Shown here piece by piece: positions 42,883-53,437 of a stretch of 64,000 nucleotides of DNA. Location of the stretch: the NCBI GenBank assembly GCA_965233135.1, contig CBDDRM010000176.1:2696-66695 (forward strand). The letters are read 5' to 3'. Under the pieces are notes generated by a model. The model saw only the letters and a list, made by a program, of their open reading frames with translations. It ran no database searches and was not told the origin of the DNA. Position 1 is the stretch's first letter, and the number at the start of each line of letters is the position of its first letter. This DNA is from an uncultured bacterium. Lineage in GTDB: Bacteria > Pseudomonadota > Gammaproteobacteria > Burkholderiales > JACQAP01. A program made the translations under genes and the position numbers.

Positions 42883-43464
42883 TCAAGAAGTCGTCTTGCG
42901 AATTTCCTTCTCGTCGGTCCATTCGAGCAGACCATTCTGTACGTTCCAGAGTTGCAGATTGAACTTGTAGTAAACGTCCTTTACGCCCTTGGCTTCCTTG
43001 ACGATCGAGGTGATATTGCCCTCGAGCCGGAAGGCTGCGCCGACCATCTTGCCGATTTCGGCGGACTTGTTCGCTTCGTAATAATCGCTCTGCTGGCGTT
43101 TGAGTTCTTCGACCTGCTGCTCCATGGCGGCTGCGTCAACTGCGAAGCGCACCTGGCCGCTCTTCTGCAGTTCGACGCGAATCGAATCCGTGATCGCACG
43201 AGTGTCTATGTACTCGCTGGTCTTGTTCTTGACCTCCTGCACGGTCACGATAGGCCGGCTTCCGCCCGCGACCACGGCGTTATTGAGCATCGAGCGCGTC
43301 ATCGATTCGGCGATCAACTGCAAATCGGTCGAGCCGAACTGATTGGTCACGGTTTCAACGCCGCGCGCATCGCCATATCGCGTTTTTGCCGCGCAGCCCG
43401 AAAGGACAATCATCGCGCAGAGCGCAATCGCGGCGGTCAGCCGGAGGGAAAGGGATTGCCTCAT
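42883..43464 (-). CDS. lpoB: LpoB-like lipoprotein (penicillin-binding protein activator family)
   Basis: Lipobox LSGC, FGSTDLQ, VKNKTSEYIDT, W-x-DEKEIRK. Confidence 0.85.
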   Translation of the reverse strand: MRQSLSLRLTAAIALCAMIVLSGCAAKTRYGDARGVETVTNQFGSTDLQLIAESMTRSMLNNAVVAGGSRPIVTVQEVKNKTSEYIDTRAITDSIRVELQKSGQVRFAVDAAAMEQQVEELKRQQSDYYEANKSAEIGKMVGAAFRLEGNITSIVKEAKGVKDVYYKFNLQLWNVQNGLLEWTDEKEIRKTTS

Positions 43465-43495
43465 GTCTTTACTCCTTCAATTGAGCGAAAATTTA

Positions 43496-43930
43496 TTAGT
43501 CCTGATTTCTGACCACGAGTCTGAAATCCGCTACGTCCGACGAAGGTGCCATCGTGGTCACGGTGGAAAGCGTTTTGCCATAGATCATCAACGGTTTCCA
43601 GGTTTCATCTTCCCACGCGCGCATGCCGTCCTTGTCCAACCAGCGGAAGCGATACGCAATCCGGCGCGCCTCCCTGCCTTCGTTGCGCAGATCCACGTCA
43701 ATGCGCAGACGGCCCTCGCGTTCCGAGCATCGCAAATCCACGACGTCTACATTCGGTACCGAGCCAGCCAATTCAATTTTGGCATCGATCAGATCCTCAC
43801 TCGAGGTGATTTTCTTCTCCATGCCCTGGGGGCAACTGTATGCGTAATCCGGGCGTTGGGTCTTGCCGCCGGCACAACCCGCTATCGCAACCGAGGCCAT
43901 CAGTATGCCGCTACATACGCGAAGATTCAT
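43496..43930 (-). CDS. ycfL: YcfL/DUF1425 family lipoprotein
   Basis: Lipobox IAGC, YRFRWLDKDG, WKPL, AP...FRL. Confidence 0.82.
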   Translation of the reverse strand: MNLRVCSGILMASVAIAGCAGGKTQRPDYAYSCPQGMEKKITSSEDLIDAKIELAGSVPNVDVVDLRCSEREGRLRIDVDLRNEGREARRIAYRFRWLDKDGMRAWEDETWKPLMIYGKTLSTVTTMAPSSDVADFRLVVRNQD

Positions 43931-43962
43931 GATTCGCTCCTGGAGTAATGCAATGTGGTCTA

Positions 43963-45411
43963 TCAGAACGTTTCCGGCCCGATGGCCGTTGACGGGCCCT
44001 GGATAGCGCGAACTTCGGCGAGCGGCTTGCCGTGCCCCGCCACGGGCAGTGCCGCGAAGGTGGTCCCGCCCATAAACCGCAAGGCAACCACCGCGTTGCG
44101 ACCCGTGACCCGGAAACGCAAATCCTGCCCACCCGGGCTGGCGCCAAAGCCGAGCACGTGCTCACCGGCCGGAATGCGCGCGCGCGCGACCGCGATCTGC
44201 GCGGGCAACGTACGCCAGCTACGCTCATCGGCCGATTCCGTAACGATCGATCCCAGAGCCATGGCAAACGCGGCCAGCCCGGTCTGATCATTCTTGCTGA
44301 GCTGATACTGCGCGATTGCCTTTGCGCTCGAGCGAATGATACCTCTGAGCGCGATGCCCGGCATTTCTTCCTGCAAGGCTTTTCGCGCCATGAGATCTAT
44401 GTCGGTAATCACGGTCGTAGTGATCGGTGCCATGCCCTGTATCTGCAATTGCGAGGGCATGAATGCCGGCTGGGTCGGTGCCATGACCGGGAATGACAGC
44501 GGCACGATCAGCAGCCGGTCGCCATAAGGGAAGGGCAGGCTGAATTGGCGCGATTGCCGGGCCGGTGCCATGCCCGACTCGAGCACGAACAGCACATCGG
44601 TATAGCCGTCGTCACGCGCGGCGCTGCGCGCGTCCAGTCCGGCCAGCGCCTCTTCGAGCTCGGGACGATCGGGCCGCAACTCGATCGCATTGCGATAGCC
44701 GGCGGCCGCCAGGCTTATATCGCCCAGCGCCTCATAGACGAATCCGGCCAGATAATGACTGAAGGCACTCTCGTAGCTGTTCTTGAGCGCGTTGACTTCG
44801 GCGTTATCGATGGTCTGTACTGGATAGCCGTTGAGATCCTTGAAGCCGGTCTTTACGCCCCGTTTCCTTGCTTCTTCCTGCGTTCTTTGCAGTTCCTTTT
44901 GCCGGAGTTGGGCTATGACCGCTTCACGCTCGTGCGTGCGCTTGATATCCACGCGGGCGAGGTCAAAATCTCCGCGTGCGAGCCGATCCAATGCCAACCG
45001 GGTGGTAAGCATGACTTTTTCGTAATCGTGGCCTTCATAGGGAATCGACTTGTCGTTCAAAACCGTGCTGGTCAGATTTCCGAACAGTTTCTCCGCATTG
45101 GTGATTGCTGTTTGCTCCCAGGCCTGTACTTGCGCATCCGCGGCCAACCAGGCCTTTTCACTGGCTTCGTACTGGCGGTTGAGGCGCTGTAGTTCCCCGA
45201 GTTCCATATGGTAGAGCAGGTCCTTGCGCTGAAGCTTGTTGCGCTCCAGTTGCTTGATGGCGCCTTCAACGTTGCCGGAGGCCGCGAGATTGATGGTGCG
45301 CGTCAGTTCCGCGTCGTAACTGCGGAACGCGGCGCAGCCAGGCAACGTCGCAAACAGCAACGCTGCTGCCACCAGACGGGCACGTGAGAATGTAAGCAGA
45401 CGGAGACTCAA
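43963..45411 (-). CDS. COG3014-like TPR lipoprotein
   Basis: Lipobox LPGC, YEGHDYEKVML, ADERSWRTLP; lies upstream of ycfL-lpoB. Confidence 0.78.
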   Translation of the reverse strand: MSLRLLTFSRARLVAAALLFATLPGCAAFRSYDAELTRTINLAASGNVEGAIKQLERNKLQRKDLLYHMELGELQRLNRQYEASEKAWLAADAQVQAWEQTAITNAEKLFGNLTSTVLNDKSIPYEGHDYEKVMLTTRLALDRLARGDFDLARVDIKRTHEREAVIAQLRQKELQRTQEEARKRGVKTGFKDLNGYPVQTIDNAEVNALKNSYESAFSHYLAGFVYEALGDISLAAAGYRNAIELRPDRPELEEALAGLDARSAARDDGYTDVLFVLESGMAPARQSRQFSLPFPYGDRLLIVPLSFPVMAPTQPAFMPSQLQIQGMAPITTTVITDIDLMARKALQEEMPGIALRGIIRSSAKAIAQYQLSKNDQTGLAAFAMALGSIVTESADERSWRTLPAQIAVARARIPAGEHVLGFGASPGGQDLRFRVTGRNAVVALRFMGGTTFAALPVAGHGKPLAEVRAIQGPSTAIGPETF

Positions 45412-45448
45412 ATCAGGATCCTGCGGGATACAACGACGTCGCGGCAGC

Positions 45449-45973
45449 TTAGTTGACAGTGCGATCCGTGCCTTCCTCGGAAGTCGCATGCGTGAAGCGA
45501 GGCACGGCCAGCGTCAAATCCCATTCCGCTTTGACGATCGTATCCTGCATCAGTTTCATGAGCCCATGCAGCAAGGTATCGCCCAAGGCAAGGTCGACGC
45601 CGTTTCCCTGGTGGGGCTGCAAAGACAGCACGGTCTGGCCGCGCTCGTTGCGCCGCGCACGCACCTTGCTGACCAGCATGGGCACATTGCCCAGGGGGTG
45701 TTCGCGTTCCGGCTCCGGCGGGGCTTTCGAAAACTTGACTTGCTGCAGCGCTTTTTCATGTTGCATGCCCAGCAGCGCATTGCGTACTTCGGGATTCGGC
45801 TGCATCCGGATATCGGGCTTTTCCTGCGCCATCTGCAATAGCACCGGCCAGATACGTTTGACCAGGCGGCGGGTGAGCCAGAAGCCGATCTCTGCTTTCT
45901 TATCGAAGAAAACCCGCGCCAGCAGGCGGTCTTCTTCCGCATGGAATTCCACGGTGATGCGCTCAAGGTTCAT
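45449..45973 (-). CDS. Conserved hypothetical protein
   Basis: Clean ATG ORF with EEDRLL, FWLTRRL, AEW; typical codon usage. Confidence 0.7.
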   Translation of the reverse strand: MNLERITVEFHAEEDRLLARVFFDKKAEIGFWLTRRLVKRIWPVLLQMAQEKPDIRMQPNPEVRNALLGMQHEKALQQVKFSKAPPEPEREHPLGNVPMLVSKVRARRNERGQTVLSLQPHQGNGVDLALGDTLLHGLMKLMQDTIVKAEWDLTLAVPRFTHATSEEGTDRTVN

Positions 45974-46024
45974 GGAGCAATATTACGCGCATCAAACTGG
46001 CAGCAGAAGCTCCCGGAACGGCTT

Positions 46025-47122
46025 TCAGCCTGCTCGATAGCGTCGGATAACCTCCGGATCCGGATCGAATCCCAGGCCGGGCATCTGGGGTACGGCGATC
46101 GATCCCTTGCGAGGCGTGGCTGCATCGCCGTACAGGCGCATTTCAAGGTCGAAGTAGCGCCATTCCACCATCGAGGCGCGACCCAGTGCGGCGTTAACGT
46201 GCACACCGGCGAGAAATGCCGGCCCGTCGTAGAAACTATGGGGCATGACCGTTACGTTGTAAGCGGCAGCCAGAGTAAACACTTTGCTCAGCGCCGAGAC
46301 TCCGCCCATCTTGGCCGGGCTGGGCTGCACGAAATCGACCGCGCACGCGTCGAACAGATGCTTGAACTGCGCAACGGTCGTCGCATTCTCGCCGGCTGCG
46401 ATCGCAATGCCGCAGCCCGCACGCAGCTGCGCCAGCGCAGTGTGATCTTCCGGCGGCCAGATCGGTTCTTCGAGCCAGCGCAAATGCAATGGCCGCAGCC
46501 TGTGCGCCATGTCCCGGGCTTCGCCCAGCGTCCACGGGCAGTTCACATCCAGCATGATATCCACGTCGGCACCGGCGGCCTGACGCGCCGCGGCCGTTGG
46601 CGCGACTTCGATTTCATGCAGCTTGATGCTGCGGAATCCGTCCGCCAGCGCGCGCTCCACATTGGCAGCGACGATACCCGGTTCGCCGTAGCGAACCATG
46701 CTTGCATAACAGGGCAGTTCGGGCTTGCCGCCGCCGAGCATTCGATGGATGGGCTGATGTGCGACCTTGCCGGCGATATCCCATAGCGCGATATCGATGC
46801 CGGACAGCCCGAAAATAATCGGACCGCTGCGCCCGAAAATATGCAGCTTGTGCTGGATTTCCTGCGTCAGCGTTTCGATCTCGAGCGCGTCACGGCCCAC
46901 GCACATGGGCGCGAGGATCTGGTCGATAGCCACTTTCGTCGCAGGAATGACGTTATAGCCAAAAGCCTCGCCCCACCCGGTGACGCCATCGTCTGTGCTG
47001 ATCCTGACCAGCAGCACGTCGGCGGTCTGCCAGGCTTGGCCTCCCCAGACCTGGGTATCGGCGGGCCCGCCGCTGCTGTAGGGAATTCGCAAGACAATGG
47101 TCTCGATGGATTCGATTTTCAT
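46025..47122 (-). CDS. Mandelate racemase/muconate lactonizing enzyme family (enolase superfamily)
   Basis: GWGE, SGIDIALWDIAGK, KLH, DVN, WLEEP, AAGEN, PH, PGLG. Confidence 0.9.
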   Translation of the reverse strand: MKIESIETIVLRIPYSSGGPADTQVWGGQAWQTADVLLVRISTDDGVTGWGEAFGYNVIPATKVAIDQILAPMCVGRDALEIETLTQEIQHKLHIFGRSGPIIFGLSGIDIALWDIAGKVAHQPIHRMLGGGKPELPCYASMVRYGEPGIVAANVERALADGFRSIKLHEIEVAPTAAARQAAGADVDIMLDVNCPWTLGEARDMAHRLRPLHLRWLEEPIWPPEDHTALAQLRAGCGIAIAAGENATTVAQFKHLFDACAVDFVQPSPAKMGGVSALSKVFTLAAAYNVTVMPHSFYDGPAFLAGVHVNAALGRASMVEWRYFDLEMRLYGDAATPRKGSIAVPQMPGLGFDPDPEVIRRYRAG

Positions 47123-47247
47123 TATTGTTTTACCTCTGGCTAGTAAAGCAATGATAGGCGAGGCGGTGCGCTTCCGCATGCACGCGCGCCGCAGTCAAGC
47201 GGGTGAAACCGAAGAGCGATTTCGACGGCCGCAAGGGCCGCACGGGT

Positions 47248-47856
47248 TCAGGATGTAGTGCGATATTTCCGGTAGTACGTCATGACTCGGGGCACATAGG
47301 TCATGGTTTCCTGATAAGGCGGGATGCGGTTCCCGGCCCGAAGCACGGCATTTTCGCCGGCGTTGTATGCCGCCACTGCCAGGTGCAGATCGTTGTTGAA
47401 CAGGCGAATCAGGTCGCGCAGATAGCGCGCACCACCGCTGATGTTCTGCGCCGGATCGAGGCGGTTCTTGACGCCGTAGCGCCGGGCCGTTTCGGGCATC
47501 AGTTGCATGAGGCCGGCAGCGCCCTTACGGGAGCGGGCAAGGGGGTTATAGCCCGATTCGGCCGAGATGACGGCATGGATCAGCGCGGCCTCCAGGCGGG
47601 TGGCCCTGGCGGCCTCTTCGATGGGTTTCGCGTAGCGCGCACGCGCCCTGGCATCGTAATGACGGATTTCACTGGCCAGCGTATCGGTGACGGGGGTGCG
47701 CCTGTGCTTTTCCTTGAGATAAACCTTGAAACGGCTGTCCTGCGGCACGTTGGTAAAGTGAACGGTGCCATCCGAATCCACATAGCGATAAATGTCTGCC
47801 TGCGCAATTCCGGCAGAAACCGCCCAAAGCAGTACCAGGAGGGGCATCGTTTTCAT
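47248..47856 (-). CDS. Lytic transglycosylase (SLT) with an N-terminal DUF4124-like domain
   Basis: [15 protein letters not shown]; [21 protein letters not shown]-x2-YV. Confidence 0.92.
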   Translation of the reverse strand: MKTMPLLVLLWAVSAGIAQADIYRYVDSDGTVHFTNVPQDSRFKVYLKEKHRRTPVTDTLASEIRHYDARARARYAKPIEEAARATRLEAALIHAVISAESGYNPLARSRKGAAGLMQLMPETARRYGVKNRLDPAQNISGGARYLRDLIRLFNNDLHLAVAAYNAGENAVLRAGNRIPPYQETMTYVPRVMTYYRKYRTTS

Positions 47857-47925
47857 TCGCTAAGGAGAAACAGCAACTTTCACGCCATTTCGCCGGACTG
47901 GCCATGGCATGCGCTTTGGATTCTA

Positions 47926-48855
47926 TTACAGATGCCGTCTGGCAGGCTTCAAGTCACCGGAGCGCGGCGCGGCAGGGATCAGCACGGTCGCGAGCGACGC
48001 AATGACAAGAACGAGGGCAACGTATTCCTGCCACCGCGGCGACTCGCCGAGCAGCCATATGCCGCTGAATACGCCGACAACCGGAATCATCAGCGTGCTC
48101 AGCGACGAGACGCCGGCGGGAGCCGCAGTGGCAATCTTGAACCAGGCCCAATAGCAGAAAATGAACACGAACGTCATGTTGTAGACCAGGCCTACCGTGG
48201 CACGCGCGCTGATGGGATGCCAATGTCCCCAGTCGATGATCGGCGCACCGAGCATGAGGGGCAGGCCGCCGACAAGCAGTTGCCAGGCGGTAAGTGCCGT
48301 GGTGCCCAACATAACGGGAAAGCGCCGCATGAGCACCGTGCCCAGTGCCCAGGCAATGGCACCTCCCAGCACAAGCACCGCGCCGAGCGGCGCAACTTGC
48401 ATGATGCTCAATTCGCCGCCCAGCAATACGGCCATGCCCGCCATGCCCAGCGCCAGACCGAGCAAGCGTCGGGGGGTCAGTCTTTCGTGCAGGATCAGAG
48501 CGGACAGCACGACTGCCCACAACGGCATGCTGTATGCAAGGATGGCACTGCGACCGGCCGGCAACATTTGCAGGCCATAACCGATCAGTACGTTCCACAA
48601 CGTCACATTGCAGAGCGCGATCACGATGAGCCGGCCCCATTGCCCCGCGGGTACGCGAATCGTCTGCCCTCCGAGGCGCGCCAGCATGAACAAGCCCGTT
48701 GCGCCGGATGCGACGCACAGGCCCCGAAAGGTCCATACCGGCATTTCGGCCAAGGTCATTTTCATCATCGGCCAGTTCAGACCCCACCCCAGGGTCAGCA
48801 GCACGAGCAGGAACCACATGGAGCGCGGAAGAGTTGAAGGTGAGGGCGGTGGCAT
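47926..48855 (-). CDS. DMT/EamA family transporter
   Basis: WGLNWP, LHERLT, two EamA halves, LLGE. Confidence 0.88.
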   Translation of the reverse strand: MPPPSPSTLPRSMWFLLVLLTLGWGLNWPMMKMTLAEMPVWTFRGLCVASGATGLFMLARLGGQTIRVPAGQWGRLIVIALCNVTLWNVLIGYGLQMLPAGRSAILAYSMPLWAVVLSALILHERLTPRRLLGLALGMAGMAVLLGGELSIMQVAPLGAVLVLGGAIAWALGTVLMRRFPVMLGTTALTAWQLLVGGLPLMLGAPIIDWGHWHPISARATVGLVYNMTFVFIFCYWAWFKIATAAPAGVSSLSTLMIPVVGVFSGIWLLGESPRWQEYVALVLVIASLATVLIPAAPRSGDLKPARRHL

Positions 48856-48942
48856 GACGGTTTTCGCGCGGAGCGCGGCAGTGTACCGCAACCATTTCCG
48901 TCTCCCGCGGCTCGAAGGAACTTTTTTGTTACCATTCCGCGC

Positions 48943-49326
48943 ATGCTCAACAATTCCTTGCTGCGTTTTCTGGCGTTCTGGGGCGTCAATACGCTCTCGC
49001 TGTGGGTTGCCGACTACCTCTTTGAGGGCCTGTCGTTCGAGTCCGCGCAGGCGCTGTTCATCGGCGGTTTGATGCTGGGCCTCGTCAATACCTTCCTCAA
49101 ACCGCTGCTGGTGATTCTCACGCTACCCTTGTCCATCGTGACGCTTGGCCTTTTCGTGCTGATCCTCAACGCGTTGATGCTGCTGCTCGTGGCCTGGGTC
49201 GTGCCTGGTTTCATCGTCGGCGGTTTCTGGTCTGGGTTCGTAGTGGCAATATTCGTGGCCGTGTTCAGTTTCATCGTCAATTCCCTGATCGGTTTCAACA
49301 AGATCAGGATCAAGCGCATCAAGTAA
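48943..49326 (+). CDS. YvlD-like 4-TM membrane protein (annotated as 'phage holin family')
   Basis: GLVNTFLKPLLVILTLPLSIVTLGLF. Confidence 0.85.
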   Translation: MLNNSLLRFLAFWGVNTLSLWVADYLFEGLSFESAQALFIGGLMLGLVNTFLKPLLVILTLPLSIVTLGLFVLILNALMLLLVAWVVPGFIVGGFWSGFVVAIFVAVFSFIVNSLIGFNKIRIKRIK

Positions 49327-49377
49327 GGAGCTTCAAGCCAGTCCTGCTGCAGCAATCTAATAAATGGGGGAGGAACA

Positions 49378-50331
49378 ATGAACCTAACGCCTATCGTGGC
49401 CGTCGTGTTTGGCTGGTCGCTGCTCTGTGCCACCGCTCATGGTCAATCCTGGACGCCGCCCGCGCCTGGCGAGCGCTGCCCTTCCAAATGGGGTGCGGCC
49501 GATGAACGCGGCGCAGCCAACCTGTTGTCTGCCCAATCCGTGCTGAACGCTTCGCGACTCATCCGCAGCGGCGAAGTCATCGAGCTGGGTCGTGTTCTGT
49601 CAATGGACATGCCGTTGTTTGGATCGCGCCGCTTCGATATTCATTCAAAGCGCACCGGTGGGCCGATGGGAAGCAACAAGCGGCTCACCAACGAAGAGCT
49701 GGTGGTGACGGAGATGGGCCAGGTCGGCACGCAGTTCGACATGTTCTCGCACCAGAGCATCGACAACAGCCATTACAACTGCTTCGTCACCGATGAAATC
49801 GCAACGCGCAACGGATTCAGCAAGCTCGGCGTGGAGAAGATCGGTGCCATCTATACGCGCGGCGTGTTGATCGATGTGGCTGCCTCGCGGGGTGTGGAGA
49901 TGCTCGAAGCGGGCTACGAAATTACCCCGGAGGACCTGCAGGCAGCGCTGAAAAAACAAGGGGTCTCTCTGCGACGCGGCGACGCGGTGCTGATCCATAC
50001 CGGCTGGGGCCGGCTCTGGGGCGCAGATAACGCGAAATACAACAGCGGCAGTCCCGGCATCGGCGTTGCGGCGGCCGAGTGGCTTGCGAAACACGAACCG
50101 ATATTATTCGGGGCCGACAATTTTCCAGTGGAAGTCTCACCAAATCCGGACAAGAATCTGAGCTTGCCGGTTCACCAGCTTGCGCTGGCGGTCCATGGAA
50201 TATTTCTGCTCGAGAACATGAAGCTCGACGAGATCGCTGCGAAGAAAGTCTATGAATTCGCGTTCGTCGTACAGCCGCTGAAAATAAAAGGCGGCACCGG
50301 TTCTACCGTGGCACCCATTGCTATTCGATAG
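49378..50331 (+). CDS. Secreted cyclase-family (kynurenine formamidase-like) metal hydrolase
   Basis: Signal peptide, WGAADERGAAN, QVGTQFD...H, RGVLID, HTGW, GGTGS. Confidence 0.85.
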   Translation: MNLTPIVAVVFGWSLLCATAHGQSWTPPAPGERCPSKWGAADERGAANLLSAQSVLNASRLIRSGEVIELGRVLSMDMPLFGSRRFDIHSKRTGGPMGSNKRLTNEELVVTEMGQVGTQFDMFSHQSIDNSHYNCFVTDEIATRNGFSKLGVEKIGAIYTRGVLIDVAASRGVEMLEAGYEITPEDLQAALKKQGVSLRRGDAVLIHTGWGRLWGADNAKYNSGSPGIGVAAAEWLAKHEPILFGADNFPVEVSPNPDKNLSLPVHQLALAVHGIFLLENMKLDEIAAKKVYEFAFVVQPLKIKGGTGSTVAPIAIR

Positions 50332-50368
50332 TTCTCACAATTCAATCTGCTGATAGCGCGAGGATCAC

Positions 50369-51847
50369 ATGCAAAAGTATCAGATGTACATTGGCGGCGA
50401 ATGGGTTGCGCCGTCTTCCGGCGAGTGGTTCGAAAGCTACAACCCCTTCACCGGAGAGCCTTGGGCATTGATTCCACGCGGCAACGCCGCGGATGCCGAC
50501 CATGCGGTGCGAACTGCGCATGCCGCGTTCACCGATGGCCCGTGGCCGCAGATGACGCCCACGCAACGCGGCGCATTGCTCAGGAAACTCGGCGATCTGG
50601 TGGCGCAAAATGCCCAGCAACTGGCCGAGATAGAGGTGCGCGACAACGGCAAACTTCTGGCTGAAATGGCAGGACAGCTCAATTACGTGCCGCAATGGTA
50701 TTACTACTTCGGCGGACTCGCAGACAAGATCCAGGGCGCGGTCATTCCGCTCGACAAGAAGGGCTACTTCAACTTCACGCGTTACGAGCCTCTTGGAGTC
50801 GTCGTGGCAATCACGCCGTGGAATTCGCCCCTGATGCTGACTGCATGGAAGCTGGCGCCGGCCCTGGCGGCGGGCAACACGGTCGTGATCAAACCCTCGG
50901 AATTCACCTCGGCATCCGCGCTTGAATTCGTCAAGCTGGTCGAGCAAGCCGGATTTCCGGCGGGAGTCGTCAACGTGATCACCGGCTACGGGAAGGAAGC
51001 CGGCATGCCGCTGGTAGAGCATCCGATGACGGCAAAAATAACGTTCACCGGATCGGATGCGACCGGTCGCGTGATCGCGGAGACGGCGGCGCGCGGGTTC
51101 AAGAAAGTGGGACTGGAACTCGGTGGCAAATCGCCCAACATCGTATTCGAGGATGCGGTCATCGAGGATGCCGTCAATGGTGCGGTGTCCGGGATATTCG
51201 CAGCCACCGGCCAGACCTGCATCGCAGGCTCGCGCCTTCTGCTGCAACAGTCGATCCACGATGATTTCGTGGAAAAGCTGCTGGCGCTGGCCAAGACCGC
51301 AAGGATGGGCAATCCGATGAGCCTCGAAACGCAGGTGGGCCCGGTCACGACGCAGCCCCAATTCCAGAAAGTACTGTCGTACATCGATGTGGCCAAGAAT
51401 GAAGGCGCGAAGTTGCGCATGGGAGGGAGCGCGGCCACGCGTCCTGAATGTGGCAAGGGCTGGTTCGTCGAGCCGACCATTTTCACGGGAGTCGACAACA
51501 AGATGCGCATAGCGCAGGAGGAAGTGTTCGGTCCCGTGCTGTCGATCATTCCGTTCAAGGATGAGGACGATGCGGTGCGCATTGCCAACGATGTGCGCTT
51601 TGGCCTGGGCGCAGGAGTCTGGACCACAGACGTCGGCCGGGCGATACGCATGTCCGAACGCATCAAATCCGGCACCGTGTGGGTCAATACCTATCGCGCA
51701 GTGAGCTTCATGTCGCCCTTCGGCGGCTACAAGGATAGCGGCATGGGGTGCGGGAACGGCCAGAGCGCTATTTACGAGTATTTACAGATGAAGAGCGTCT
51801 GGATCAATACAGGAGTCAAAACCGGCAATCCTTTCGTGATGCGCTGA
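50369..51847 (+). CDS. NAD(P)-dependent aldehyde dehydrogenase
   Basis: PWNSP, KPSE, FTGS, LELGGKSP, GQTC, EEVFGP, PFGGYK. Confidence 0.95.
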   Translation: MQKYQMYIGGEWVAPSSGEWFESYNPFTGEPWALIPRGNAADADHAVRTAHAAFTDGPWPQMTPTQRGALLRKLGDLVAQNAQQLAEIEVRDNGKLLAEMAGQLNYVPQWYYYFGGLADKIQGAVIPLDKKGYFNFTRYEPLGVVVAITPWNSPLMLTAWKLAPALAAGNTVVIKPSEFTSASALEFVKLVEQAGFPAGVVNVITGYGKEAGMPLVEHPMTAKITFTGSDATGRVIAETAARGFKKVGLELGGKSPNIVFEDAVIEDAVNGAVSGIFAATGQTCIAGSRLLLQQSIHDDFVEKLLALAKTARMGNPMSLETQVGPVTTQPQFQKVLSYIDVAKNEGAKLRMGGSAATRPECGKGWFVEPTIFTGVDNKMRIAQEEVFGPVLSIIPFKDEDDAVRIANDVRFGLGAGVWTTDVGRAIRMSERIKSGTVWVNTYRAVSFMSPFGGYKDSGMGCGNGQSAIYEYLQMKSVWINTGVKTGNPFVMR

Positions 51848-51885
51848 GTATTTGCAGGTCCGACCGCCTCCACAGAGGAGCTAGC

Positions 51886-52194
51886 ATGGAAAGCAACATC
51901 GACGATCCGGATAAAACGACCCGCTGGATTCGCACTCTGTACATGATCCTGTTCGCGATCCTGTTCAAGGCGGCGGAATTCATCATGTGGGTGGTGGTCG
52001 TGATTCAACTCGCCGTCGTGCTCGCCACGGGGTCGCCGAACGAGCGCCTGCAACGTTTCGGCAAGCAGCTTTCCATTTACACCTACAGCCTGTGGATGTT
52101 TCTGACCTACAACACGGAGAAAAAGCCGTTTCCTTTTTCAGATTGGCCGCAAACGGGATCCGCAGTGAATAATAACGGGCCGGCAGCCTCCTGA
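51886..52194 (+). CDS. DUF4389 small membrane protein
   Basis: WIRTLYMILF, NERL-x2-FG, FLTYNTEKKPFPF; GAGGAG RBS. Confidence 0.8.
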   Translation: MESNIDDPDKTTRWIRTLYMILFAILFKAAEFIMWVVVVIQLAVVLATGSPNERLQRFGKQLSIYTYSLWMFLTYNTEKKPFPFSDWPQTGSAVNNNGPAAS

Positions 52195-52250
52195 GAGCAA
52201 GGCCGTGCGCACGCTGCGCAGGGGTGCGCAGGCGTACGCTTGCGTTCTTC

Positions 52251-53351
52251 TCAGCCGATTTTCCTGATGTCGGCGCTGCGGGGGATGCGTTTGGGCAGCA
52301 CGTCCCTGAGTTTCTGACGGGTATCGCGCAGCAACTTCTCGGTCGTAGGCCAGTCGATGCACGCGTCGGTGACCGAGACGCCGTACTTCAACTGGGTGAG
52401 ATCGGCAGGAATCGACTGGTTGCCGGGATTGATGTTGCTTTCCAGCATGACGCCGATGATCGATTGATTGCCCTCCACGATCTGGTGCGCGCAGTCGAGC
52501 ATGACCAGCGGCTGCAGATTGTGATCCTTGTTGGAATTGGCGTGGCTGCAATCGACGACGATATTGGCCGGCAGCTTGTTTTTCGCCAGTTCCTTTTCGA
52601 CGACCGCCATCGTCACGGAATCATAGTTCGGACCTTTTGCGCCGCCGCGAAGAACGATGTGGCCGTAGCGGTTGCCGCTGGTGCGAATGACCGATACTTC
52701 GCCGCGTTGGTTGATTCCCAGGAAGCTGTGGGGACGCGAAACCGACAGCAATGCGTTGATGGCTACCTGCAACCCGCCATCGGTGCCGTTCTTGAAACCC
52801 ACCGGCGTTGAGAGGCCGCTCGCCATTTCGCGGTGCGTCTGCGATTCCGTCGTTCGCGCGCCGATGGCGCTCCACGTCACAAGGTCGCCCAGATACTGCG
52901 GGCTGATCGGGTCCAGTGCTTCCGTACCGGCGGGCAGACCCAGTTCGTTGATATCGCGCAGAACCTTGCGCGCAAGCTGCAGGCCCACTTCGATGTCGAA
53001 TGAGTCATTCATGTGCGGATCGTTGATCAGGCCTTTCCAGCCCGTCGTCGTGCGGGGTTTTTCGAAATACACCCGCATCACGATCAGCATCGTGTCAGCG
53101 ACTTCGTCCGAGATCCGCTTGAGCCGTTGCGCGTAGTCCATCGCCGCGTCCGGATCGTGTATCGAGCAAGGTCCTACCACGACCATGAGCCGATGGTCGC
53201 GGCGGTCGAGGATGCGCTCGAGCGCGTGCCGGCCTGCGAGCACGGTCTGCTCGGCCTTGTCCGTCAACGGAATGCGGCGCTTGATCTCGTCCGGATTGAG
53301 CAGGACGTCCTGGGCCGCGACGTTAACGTTGTAAACCAGTTTCTCATCCAT
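52251..53351 (-). CDS. aroG: Class I DAHP synthase (AroF/G/H type)
   Basis: GPCSIHD, RVYFEKPRT, IGARTTESQ, DCSHANS, GVSVTDACI; the isoenzyme cannot be resolved. Confidence 0.93.
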   Translation of the reverse strand: MDEKLVYNVNVAAQDVLLNPDEIKRRIPLTDKAEQTVLAGRHALERILDRRDHRLMVVVGPCSIHDPDAAMDYAQRLKRISDEVADTMLIVMRVYFEKPRTTTGWKGLINDPHMNDSFDIEVGLQLARKVLRDINELGLPAGTEALDPISPQYLGDLVTWSAIGARTTESQTHREMASGLSTPVGFKNGTDGGLQVAINALLSVSRPHSFLGINQRGEVSVIRTSGNRYGHIVLRGGAKGPNYDSVTMAVVEKELAKNKLPANIVVDCSHANSNKDHNLQPLVMLDCAHQIVEGNQSIIGVMLESNINPGNQSIPADLTQLKYGVSVTDACIDWPTTEKLLRDTRQKLRDVLPKRIPRSADIRKIG

Positions 53352-53437
53352 AGTGCAGGCGCTTCAGGGCTGTTTGGACATCAAGCGCTAATTCTACGTA
53401 ATCAGCGGGTCCGGGGATAGGGCGGCCAGGCGCCGGG

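Noticed and set aside
47203-48837. 544-aa plus-strand ORF
   Set aside because: Antisense to the SLT and EamA genes, with no recognisable domain.
47248-49326. Lytic transglycosylase plus 'phage holin family' gene as a prophage lysis cassette
   Set aside because: Opposite strands, separated by EamA, and no phage structural or integrase genes; both families are common chromosomal genes.
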